Assembly (NCBI RefSeq): GCF_026210795.1
Contig: NC_089429.1
Span: forward strand, 186,001-250,000
From: Rhizophagus irregularis
Lineage: Eukaryota
DNA: 64,000 nt
Direction: 5' to 3'
Shown: positions 50,759-62,244 of the stretch, piece after piece
Numbering within the stretch: position 1 is the first letter of the stretch
Layout: every line of letters begins with the position of its first letter
Made by a program: the position numbers and the translations under genes
Notes under the pieces: model-generated
What the model was told of the DNA's origin: nothing
What the model saw: only the letters and a program-made list of their open reading frames with translations
Database searches by the model: none

Positions 50759-51930
50759 GCAGTAATCCACAATTTCACAATCACATAATTCGTTGTCTTA
50801 ACGTCTTTCATAAAATATCATTATTCATTACAAAATCTAAAAGTATAGAAAAAGAAACATTAATAAAATGATTCTAAAGAAAAAAGATTATCTTCTCAAA
50901 TTTATACTTTTCAAAAAAAAGTCTGGTTGAAACTTATAAAGAAAAACTTAAGTCCAATTTAAAAAAATAAAAAATTTGAATTCAAAAACTGTGATCAAAG
51001 TCTATAAACAGAAATTCTGAATCAAAATCAAAGCCAAAGTTTGAATCAATCCTATAAAAGATAATCAAATAGCCTACAAAAAATAAAAATAAAATCCAAA
51101 GTACAGTTCCCCTCGATATAACGAATCTTACATTCTGGCTGATTAGGCCTTTTTTATAAGCAACTTTGTTAACACTATAACGAATTATTCAGTATAGTAT
51201 AATGAATTTTTTGGTATAGATATGTCAGTCATACAGATCATGTGACTTGTCAATCTGATTTACCGATTATTTAATTTTTTTTATTACTAATATTTATTTA
51301 TTTTATTGTAGAGAACTTTCTGGACTTCGAAATGGACGTCTGGAATGAGAAGTAAGTGGAGGTTTAGTTTTTTTATTAATTTCGTTTAAAAACGTTTATT
51401 AATGTTCTTTTTTTCTTTATTTTTTTTTAGAGACAGCTCCTAGGTTTAAAGAACTAAGGTTTGTAGTTATTACGAACTTAGTTTTTTTTGTTTTTTTTTA
51501 CTAACCGTTTTTATTTATTTATTTTTTTATAAGTTTTGGTAAGCTTTTGAGAATAGAAAAAAACTATTCGTAGGTATTACAAACTTAATTTTTTTTTGTT
51601 ATTTTTTTTAATAAAGTAGGACAGTTTACTAACCGTTATTCTTATTTATTTTATTTTTTATAGGTTTAGAATGGATTTTAATTGAAAAAGAGCTAAAATT
51701 CGTAAATATTATAAACTTAGCTTTTTTTTGTTTCTTTTTTTTATTAGTAATTAACGGTTCATTATTTGATCTTATTTTATTTTTTTTTAGGTTTCAGGTG
51801 GATTTCGATGGAAAAAGTGCTAAGAATTGTAAGTATAAATCAAATCTTTCTTAGTTTTTTTTTTGTTTTTTTTAATAAAGTGGACTGTTTTTATTTATTT
51901 TTTCTTATAGATTTTAAGCAGACTTTTGAC

Positions 51931-52891
51931 TAGAGCTCCGCACAGGTTAGGTTAGTTTGGGTTAACTGGTTAATCTGAACTGAAATTTTTATTCAGGTCA
52001 AATCGGGTCAGGTAAACTGTTCTGACTTGACTCGACCCATTTGATCTGAAAGTATTCAGATCACTTTAGGTAACTCGGATTACCCGAAGTTTTATTATTA
52101 AATATTGTAAAAAAATGTTTTGTAACGTTTTTTACTTTTTGTTTTTATATATAAAACGCTGAAACTATTTGTTTTGGCATTTTTCCTTTTGATTTTACAT
52201 ATAAAAACGCTGAAACTGATAGTTTCAGTATTTTTTTTAATTTTACATGCAAAAATGCTGGAATAATTAGTTCCAGCATTTTTCCTTTTGATTTTACATG
52301 TAAAAACACCAAAATTATTAGTTCTGGCGTTTTTCTTTTGATTTTATATGTAAAAATGCTGAAACAGATAGTTTCAGCATTTTTTTTCAATTTTACATGT
52401 AAAAACGCCAGAATAATTAATTTCAGTATTTTTCTTTTTGATTTTACATGTAAAAACACTGAAACAGATAGTTTTGGCATTTTTTTTTGATTTTACATGT
52501 AAAAGCGCCAGAATAATTTGTTCAAGCATTTTTCTTTTTAATTTTACATGTAAAAATACTGAAACTAATAGTTTCAGCATTATTTAATTTATTTGACCCA
52601 AATATATGTCAGGTCAACAGGTCAGGTCAGGTAGGATCCTATCTACTACTAGTAAGATATATTACCAGTAGAAATTTTACTTTCATATGAAACCTTACCT
52701 TAGCATTTACTTAAATTCTATTGGTTAATTGACTAAAAAGGAAAAAAATTATAACAATGTAACATAAAATTTCCTTTTATAGTAGGATCTTCAAAGAGTT
52801 TTATATGTAAATCTTACCTTAGACCACAGGGTGACCTATCTTAATAGTAGACGGGGTTCTGGTTGGGTACCGACTAGTACTGAGAACTTTA
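51931..52891. mobile_element. hAT-like non-autonomous element with ~40-bp palindromic tandem array (52146-52580)
   Basis: Ends TAGAGCTCCG / TGAGAACTTTA; degenerate TSD cttttgac/cttctaac; CAGGTCA subterminal repeats; about 11 units of TTTTACATGTAAAAA-GCTGAAAC-n5-GTTTCAGC. Confidence 0.6.
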
Positions 52892-52914
52892 CTTCTAACG
52901 AAAAAAGAATTAAC

Positions 52915-53210
52915 AGGACTCCGGATATCTAATATAAAGGTCATAATGGACTTTTGGCCAAAAACACCCCTTTTTGCTGAAACTCAAAAAATCGTTTTTT
53001 GTAAATATCTCAGCATCCAGTAATTCAATTTTAATGAACTTTTTTTATTTTGTAGCCCTCATTTAGCTCTACAATTTAAAAAAAAGTTCATCAAAATTGG
53101 ACCACTGGATCTTCGAGATATTTACAAAAAACGATTTTTTAATTTTCTAAAAATGGGCCAATCTGCCGAAAGTGTGACTTATGACCTGTTTTGGAGATAT
53201 CCGGGGTCCT
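52915..53210. mobile_element. AGGACCC MITE (intact)
   Basis: TSD GAATTAAC; near-identical to the split copy 14708-21668. Confidence 0.95.
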
Positions 53211-53595
53211 GAATTAACTAAGATTCGTAAGTACTAGTACAATTAAATTTTAATCTTTTTTTATTTTTTTAATAAAGTGAAACGGTTTACTAACCGTTCT
53301 TTTTTTATTTTATAAACTTCGATTCAAGTGGATTTTCAAAGATGGAAAGAAGATTCATAAGTGCAAATATGAATTTTAGTCATTTTTTTAGTTTTTTTTA
53401 TAAATTTACTAACTGTTTTTATTTTTTTTTTTAGAAATTTCAGTGGGTGGATAATATCAAAAAAAGAAACTTGCAACTAAATGAATCAGATTTATTCGCT
53501 TAGTACGTATTTAAAGGGATGTGGTGACATGTATGTGTGAGTGGTTTCTTTTGTTAAAACGTTTACTAACACTTTTAAATTTTTATAGAAATGAG

Positions 53596-53888
53596 AGGAC
53601 CCCGGATATCTCCAAAACAGGTCATAAGTCACACTTTCGGCAGATTGGCCCATTTTTCGGCCAGTAAAATTGTTTTTCAGAAATATCTCGACATCCAGTG
53701 GTCCAATTTTGATGAACTTTTTTTTAAATTGTAGAGCTAAATGAGGGCTACAAAATAAAAAAAGTTCATTAAAATTGAATTACTGGATGCTGAGATATTT
53801 ACAAAAAACGATTTTTTGAGTTTCAGCAAAAAGGGGTGTTTTTGGCCAAAAGTCCATTATGACCTTTATATTAGATATCCGGGGTCCT
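53596..53888. mobile_element. AGGACCC MITE (intact, opposite orientation)
   Basis: Perfect AGGACCCCGGATATCT TIRs; TSD GAAATGAG. Confidence 0.95.
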
Positions 53889-54259
53889 GAAATGAGCAAT
53901 AAATTAACAAAATAAAAATGCGAATTTATAGTTGTATTCAAATCAAAATTATTGTAAAAATTATTATTAATTAAAGAGTAATAATAATATAATTAATAAA
54001 TAAATAAATATAATAAATAAATAAAATTAATAAATAAATATTAAAAAATTCTTCGTTTTACTGAAAAAAAAAATTTGTTATAAAAAAATCTTTTATATCA
54101 AGTGGCATTTTATATATGCAATTCATTCACTTTACTTCATATTACATTATACAGTAAATAATAGTAATTTCGTTATATAAAGGGTTTTTTTTATATTTAA
54201 ATCGGTATCACACTGAAAATCTGTTATATTGTGTTATTCGCTATATTAAGGTTTGTTGT

Positions 54260-55010
54260 TAAAGTTGCTTGGCTAAATTCATTTTAACTTTTGACAAAAG
54301 TCTAAACTTTAATTAGTAATAGTTTAAACTATGACAAAAGGTTTCGATAATAACTAAATGTCTAAACTATGTCTAAACTTTCTAATTAATAAAATTTAAA
54401 ATAAATAATTATTAATACATTATTATATATATTTAAATAAATAAATATTATATATTAATTAACAATTATTAATAAATATAGTTAGACTTTCATATAATAA
54501 CATTCCATATAGTTATATTATATAAAATTTCTCCATATAATCACACCTTTAGGAAAAACCAATTTATATATTTATTATATAAAAAAATCTTTATATAATT
54601 ACATTATAGTAAAAGCCTCTATATAGTTACTAATTTTTGCAAAACTGATTAGATAACTATATAGAGGTCTGACTGTACTAGTAATAATATATAAAAAGTA
54701 AAATTATAAAACTGGTTATTAATTAAACTTACTATATGTTTTAATATATATAATAATTTAAATAATTAATATAATGTATATTAAATTTTATAATTGCAAA
54801 ACTGGTTAAATTTATATTAAATTATATAATTTATTATAATAAATGGTAAACTTTATTAATTACTATGTAAAAATATATCTAAATCTTTCACAGTTTTACC
54901 AGTTTCGTCAGTTTCACAGTTTTGCAAATTTTTAATTTTTTAATAAAATGTTTCAACTAGTTTCAATTTTAACAATTGTCTAAACTACTTAGTTTCGCTC
55001 AACAACTTTA
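54260..55010. mobile_element. hAT-type MITE containing a small pogo MITE (about 54479-54675)
   Basis: TIRs TAAAGTTGCTTGGCTAAA / TTTCGCTCAACAACTTTA; TSD TTTGTTGT; the inner element ends TATATAGAGGTCTGACTG-TA. Confidence 0.8.
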
Positions 55011-55039
55011 TTTGTTGTAGAAAAAGGTGATTGTAGAAG

Positions 55040-56200
55040 TTTAAAATACTCACAAAAAAGAAAATTTCAAGATAAAATGAATTAAAGTAACTATAAAAAG
55101 AAAATCCAAGTTAAAAGTTAAAGTAAACTACAAAATAAAAACAAAATTAAAAGTGATCTCTAAAGCTGAAGTTTAAAATGAAATAACCTACAAAATGAAA
55201 ATTTTTCAAAATCTAAGCTAAAATCAAAATAAAATAACTTATGAAAAAAAACAAACAAACTGAAGTTAAATTGAAATTAAAGTTCAAACTAAACATCTTA
55301 GACTAGAATCGAACTAATGATTAAAAAAATTAAAAAAATTAAATGAAGTTAAAGCCCTACAAAAAAGAAAAAGAAAATTGAGTTCAAATTTGACTTAAGT
55401 ATAAAAAAGGAAAAGAAAATATAAGTCTAAATTCAAAGTTAAAGCCCTATAAAAAAGAAAGAAAATCCAAGTCTAAGGTCGAAATGACGAACCTACAAAA
55501 AAAGAAAAAAGAAATTCCAATTCTGATAAAATGTTAGTGTAATATTTCATAAAAACAAAAAAAAAATGGATTTTGAAATAAAACTTACCAAGAATCTAAA
55601 ACTGAACTTGAAGGAACTTACAAAATAGAAAAACAATGAAACTTTAGAATAATTTATAAAAAAAAAGGAAAAAATTAAATTTCTAAGCGAAATTTACTCA
55701 AGATATCCAAGGTGAAGCCGGATTCTACAGAATAAAAAAGAAAAGTTTAGTTTTGTTAAAAAAATAATTAATAAAATATAAAAAAAAGATTTGTCTATAA
55801 ATTCAATATGAAACTTACAATCCAATCCAAGGAGTCTAATCCAAAAAGAAGCTGGCATTTACGAAAAAAAAAAAAAAATATTTAGTTTTTTCAAAAAAAT
55901 TTAAAAAAAATGTTTTTTTGAAATTTCAATGTAAAACTTACTGATCCAATCCAAGAAGGCTAGGAGCTAACACTTACAAAAAAAAGAAGAAATATTTAGT
56001 TTTTTCAAAAAAATTTAAAAAAAATGTTTTTTTGAAGTTTCAATATAAAACTTACTGATCCAATTCAAGAATGCTAGGGGCTGACACTTACAAAAAAAAG
56101 AAGAAATATTTAGTTTTTTCAAAAAAATTTAAAAAAAAATATTTTTTTAAAGTTTTAATGTAAAACTTACTAATTCAATTCAAGAAGTTTATTAGTCCAA
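55040..56200 (-). repeat. Micro-exon/intron array including three ~119-bp tandem units (55850-56190)
   Basis: Plus-strand aaacttac (= GTAAGT donor), ~30-nt exon, then c(c/t)tacaaaa (= acceptor), repeated. Confidence 0.55.
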
Positions 56201-56570
56201 AGTAGGGATTGGAATCGATTTTACAATAATCGAATTTATCGAAAATCGATAAGAATCGATTTTAAATCGATTATCGAATAAAAATCGAATTTACTTACAC
56301 TGGTCAAAAACCAGGCAAACGTGGCATAGTAGCCTTTATCTTTATTAAATTTATTCAAACTTTACAATTTACAAAAAAAATAAAAAGAAATATAAAAATA
56401 AAACTAACTAAAAACAAAGCTATATAGTCTCCTAAGAAAAAATTAAAGTAAAAAAATTAATCTAAAAAAGAAAAATCGCATTACACTAAATTTCCCCAGA
56501 TCTTCCCCCTTGATATATTCCAACCAAAGTAGAAGCAACTATGCTAACAAAATAACGAATAGCGCGCCCA

Positions 56571-59500
56571 CTATAGAAATCGACACTCCATCCTGCAAAA
56601 GCTGTTATTAAGTAGCACCGTTAGACGACCCATAAAACCCGAAAAGTGATTAAACCAAGGCAAACCATATTTCATCGAGTTCTTCAACCAATCGGTTCCG
56701 GAGTCACGTGAATCGTGTAGGGTCGGAGGTGGTAAAGATGAGTAAGGTATGTACGTTGACAATGGCAAATTAGAAGGCTTTGGAGTAGTTTTCAACTTAT
56801 AAGTAATATTCATCGCGTTTTCCCATCTACTTTTCTCATAAGAACGCGGATTCCAAATTCGTTTTCTGAATTTTTGGACAAAATTATTATGAATAGCAGC
56901 GATAACCTTAATCGCAGAAATTCTTGGAATAGACAAATCGACAAAAATGTCAATAAAAAGTGTAGGTAAACAACCACGGACAAGGGCGTAAGAGGACCAA
57001 TTTGTAGAAGAAAAAGACCAGCATGAAAGAGAAGTGAGTTTAGCAATAAAGGGAGTAGGATCAATATCAGCCAATTTTCCAGCTTCTTGAATTTTAGAAA
57101 TCAAATGATTTTGATAAGATTGGAGAATTTGTTGCATAGGTAGACGACGTTTTTGCACATAAAAAGGTGCATCAGGTCTTCCATGCGATCGATACAAGAA
57201 CGGCAAGTTAATTCGTCCATGTATAAGTCTGGTCGAGTCCGCTTAAGCTTTTCCAATGTGGGTAAGTCGTCCAAGAAAAGTTTGAATTTAAAGGTTAAGT
57301 GTCTTGCATGCTCAAGAGTAAAAGATGCATCATGAGAAGGCTTGAAATTCAAGGTAAACCAAGTAAGTTCCCAGTCGACAATATATTCTATATTAGATAA
57401 TAATAAAGAAATAAAGTGAAATCGCGTTAAATTTAACAAATCATGCATTAAATGCATTTGATGATACTGTTTAAGAAGGTGTCGTGGATTAGATTCACAA
57501 ACGGCGTCATTGTCGTAAGTCAAGACGAAATCATGGGCAGAGGCAAGGTCCATTCCAGAAATCAAAATACTGGATGATGCGGTATGGGCAGTATTGGCCA
57601 GGGAGTCAGCAAAATCGTTCAAATAATTGCCAGAATGAGCTTTAACTTTAACAGGAAGAACTGTCAAATTCTTGGTAAGGATAGTTCGTTCAATAATGGC
57701 CCAAAGCTCAAAATTTGTTGTTTTGTAGTAAAGATGGCTATTTGAGTAGACAGAGGAAGAGCAACTTCGAAGGCCATCAATGGCAGTTTGCGAGTCAGTA
57801 TAAATAGTAACTTCTGAGTCGCGAGGAGAAATGGTTAAAACTGCGTAAATAGCGGCAGCTTCAGCACGAGAAGAAGAAGGATTATCTCGAATGATGCCAT
57901 GTGCATAAGTAGCAATGGAATTAGGAAAGCCAGCATCAGGTACGATTTGCATCCAAGACCAGCCCATAGAAACATTAGGAGTGCCTAGATTAATAAGAGA
58001 CCCATCAGTGAAAAAAATATAACGTGAGTCTGAAGACACAACCAACGGCGAATTTGCAAAAACAGCAGCAGCTGAAGATTCAATAGTGATAAGAGGAGCG
58101 GAAGCTTCAACAATATCATCAGGAGGAGAGTCAAAATCAAAATCCAATCGACTGTAATAAAGACGGACACCATCTTCGATATCAGCCCAGGTAAAAGGAG
58201 AGGATACTGCAGAAGTATTACGTCTAATGCGCTCGATTGATGGTGGGCAGAATAAGCGAATGTTGTAGAGAAACCGTAGGCGTACAAAGGGTTAAATCAG
58301 CATTCCGTTTTTGGAAGGAGGCAAAGGAGTATGAGCAGCACAACCAGGGCAAGGAGAGAGTCTAATGAGATCACCAGGCGAAGATTCATAATCAGGAGAG
58401 ACCCAGTGAACAATAGAACAAGTACCACGACTTGCTTGAACTAAAAGTTGTTTGCCAAAGATGGGAGAACCGTAGTCGTCTAACGTGACAATCCAATTTT
58501 TCGTAGTGGTAGGAGAGGACAGGCAAGGAGTCAATTTATAAAATGAAGAGTCAATCGTAGGCATAGTAATGAACTGGGTCAGCAAACGATTGTTGGTGTC
58601 AGGAATGGTAGTAGCTTGCTGGATATCTTTATACCAATAAGGGATACAGCCAGGGCCACGTCGTCCAACCAAATTGTCATAGTAGGCTTTCCAAGAAATT
58701 AAATGAGTCCCTTGGGGAGTAACAAGCTGAGATAGATAAAACAAATGCCATTTTCGCAAAATAGGGAAATAGGCTTTAAACGCTTTAGGTGTCATGCATT
58801 CAAATAAGGGAACGCGTCCATCCATCAAAGTCAGGTTCGGAAGCTTCGAAAGTTGAGTATGAAGCAAACGAAAAGGAGTAGAGGATAAGAGAGCAATAGT
58901 GCATGCGATATAATCTTTCTTAAAAGAAAAAGAGAAGACCATATAGACCAATCCTTAATTAAAAGGGGAGAAATAGGAATTAAAAAATTATATTGAATCA
59001 AACTCAATCTATAAATAAAAAGAGATTGAATAAAAGAAAAGGAAGAATTAGCCATTAAAAATAAATTAGTAATATGACATTGTCGTTGATGAGCAAATAA
59101 ATTTATCAAGCCCAAGGCTTGAGATAAAAATAAAATGGGATTTGGTAAAGAGCGAGAAAAATTTGCTTTGTGCTTTACAACAGATCGTATACTTCTCGTT
59201 ATTAGGTGGCAGTCAGATTCAGACAAGTGAGTAACTTGCATCCGGTATTCAAGTTTCGGTATAAGGACAGCATTATGTAAATAAACAACTTGTTTGGATG
59301 AGAGCTTTGCAGGGCGGATGGTTGCAGCGAAGGAGCAGCATTCACGTTTGAGTTGTTTCTTGACAAAATCCCGGGAGCTTTTAATGTTAAACCAAACACC
59401 TAAAAAACGAAAAGAAGTTGTCATAGAAATTGGGGTAATGGTAATGGAAGGAACACTATTTAATGAGGATAAATCTAAATTAAAAGTAATAGGAGATAAA

Positions 59501-62194
59501 GCGGAGTTCGAAGTCAAAGGCAACGAATTAGTAATTAACACATATTTGTTATGATTGGCAGAAGTGTTATTAATTTGATAGAATTCTTCTGTAATGGATA
59601 ACATAAATTCCATGCCAGTCTTCGACGAGGAAATAAGAGTAGAGTCATCCATAAATACTAAATTATTAATCTTCAAATCGGAAAAAGGATTGGGAGAATC
59701 AATTAAGGATGGTGTAGAAAGAACATAAGGGTCCATCATTTCATGCTTCAAGACAGTAAGTAAGGGATCAATATAAATAACCCATAAGAGAGGAGAAATA
59801 ACTTCGCCTTGGTCAATACCAATGCGAACCCTATAAGCAGGCGTGGATCCATGAGCAGTGAAAACGCTATTAGTGCGTTTTGTGAAAAGGGAAAGAATAA
59901 ACTTAATAGCAGAAGCTGGAAGACGTATTCGTTCTAAAGCGAAACGTAACATTGTCAAATCAACCGAGTCAAAAGCTTTAGAAATGTCTTGAGAGAGAAT
60001 CCAAAGTGGGTTTTTGTTGACATCAGCATCATGGATAATAGATTCTAGAGTAATAATAGGGTCGCGGCAAGAACCACCAGGAAGACCAGCGAAGTTACCA
60101 CCTTTAAGAACATCATGTGTAGCCATAATAGTAGAAAGGCGATTATAAAAGAGTTTGACAAGAGATTTTCTAATCACTTCAAGTAAAGTAATAGGACGAG
60201 TATTTTTCAATTGACATTTCCATTCGTGAGGTTTGGGAATGGGAAAAACCATTGCCTGTCGCCATAAGTCAGGAATATCAGCTTTGGAAAGGCAAGCTTG
60301 AATTAAAATAAGGAGTAGAGTCGAGGAACGAGATCCAAGGTGTTTGAGCATTTCATAAGTGATCATGGAAGGACCTGAGGCTTTACCGTTAGGAGTAGAA
60401 GAAACGGTGGTTAACCATTCGTCAAGGGTAGGGGGATTCATTAAAGAATCATAGATGGAGGAGGGCACATCATCCATAGGTTGGTAAACAGAAAACCATC
60501 TATCAGGTAATGTATCTACAGATACAGGAGGGGTGGATTTTATAGGTACAAAGTTTTGGAAATGGTTAACAACAGCATCGTCTATATCCTTGGGAGCAGT
60601 TAATAACTGAGGGTGAGTGGGATGATCAACAAAGACACGATCCAAAGTGATATGGCGGCAGGTGCGAGAAAGCGCTGAATCAATGAAAGAGGAAAGGTCA
60701 GTTTCAAAATTATTGTTCCTATCGTCCAAATGAGCACGAATGGAGGAATCTTGGAATTCTTTTTCTTGAAGTAAATGAAATCCCCGTAAGGATTTTGAAA
60801 TAATGGATAAATCATCAAGAAGTGACTTGAAATCATCTTGTCGACATGATGAGAGAGAAGAGCTAGTAAAGTAGAACGAAAGTAAATACTTTCTTATATA
60901 ATTGCAAAATGTTTTGAAGTCTGATTAAATGAATAGACCACTTATGTTCATGAGCGGCAGAATAAGTTAAAGGATATTTGCGCAATAAACGTATTGAATG
61001 CATAAGGCGATTTAAAAACCGATAATGTTGGGTTAAAATTTCCAGATCTTTAGGAACCTTAGGAGTATAATTATTGCCAACAGTGGAAGAAGGTAGTGTA
61101 ACGTTGGCAGCTTTAAGAATTCGTGATTGGAGATATTCGCACATTTGATTGATATGCCAGGAGGAAAAGGTTGAAGGTGAGACGTCACATAAAGCATCAG
61201 CTTTATCAGCAAATTCCGTCCATTGAATTTCAGTTACAGAATCAAATTTGAAGACGCGACGGGTTCGGCGCTTAAGTTGTCGAGCGCGAGCCAATTTGGT
61301 AGAGGCAAAAAGTAAAGACATATCATAGTATGTTATGACGGGGTTATGATCAGATGTGCAAACATCTTGAGCATTAAAAATGCAAGCAGTAAGAGTAAAT
61401 CCTTTGAGAAGAGGGCAGTACCATACATAATCAACTCGAGTAATGTGGTCATTGCGATGAAAGGTACCTAAAGAGTCGGAAAGATTAATAGGAGTATAGT
61501 CTTCATATCCGTGAGAGAGGAGATGAAAAAATAATCGGTGAATATGTTTTAAAGCAACTTGAGGTTGATTGAAGTAAATAGGGTAATATTTGTCTAAATG
61601 CATATTAAAATCGCCACAAACAGCATGGTAAAAGCCAGCTTGTTTAGTAAGGGTAAGTTGTTGAATAAGCAAATCAATAGTGTCAGAGCGCAGAACACTT
61701 TCAGCAGGGGGAGGGATATAAATAACAAATATACGCAATTTAATATTGCCTTTAAAATATAAATCAACAGAAAGTAACCGTGAAGAATGGGATTTAAAAT
61801 CTTGAACATGTGAAGCAAGGGAATTATCTATAAAAAGAGAAACACCACCAGAAGAAAGAATTTGTTTAGAAGTATCCAAATTAGAAGAGAACACAGTATA
61901 ATTAGAAATACGTTTGGATAAAAACTTCATTTGTTTAGGGTGAAGATGGGTATCCACGATACCACCAAAGGAAATATGTTTTAAGGAAAAGAAAGTAGAA
62001 ATTTCTTCTAATTTAGTCTGACCATACATTTTAAGGCCATTAACATTAAAGGAAGAAATATTAAATGAATTGGGGATAGGGGAAGTGTTACTGGAAGAGG
62101 AAAATAACGATTCATGCGAAAAAATTTCAGTAACATTGTCAGGGTTGGGAGGGTTTCGTACAAAGGTATCATAATTAAAATTATTGTCCGACAT
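56571..62194 (-). CDS. LINE ORF2: AP endonuclease, reverse transcriptase, RNase H, C-terminal Cys/His motif (frameshifted as assembled)
   Basis: SFNVNGL, CGDFN, TRVDYVW, TSDHNPV (APE); RPITLLE, QDISKAFDSV, GIDQGEVISPLLW, FMDD, FLGVW (RT); FTDGS, SRAEAAA, YTDSQ, VKAHSG..N..AD (RNase H); CRSC...ED..HLF.C. Confidence 0.92.
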
Positions 62195-62244
62195 TAAAAC
62201 ACAATGATATAAACAGTCGGGGAGTTAAAATTTGAAGAAAGAGA

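Larger units (their letters stand above)
51104..55033 (+). mobile_element. pogo-type non-autonomous shell carrying a micro-exon array and several nested MITEs
   Basis: Left end TA-CAGTTCCCCTCGATATAACGAA; a degenerate right end reconstitutes after removing 54260-55010 (TTTGTTGTAGAAAAAGGTGATTG-TA). Confidence 0.5.

Noticed and set aside
52146..52580. CRISPR-like regular palindromic array
   Set aside because: Eukaryotic context, no unique spacers (units are diverged copies of each other), no cas genes; it is a TE-internal minisatellite.
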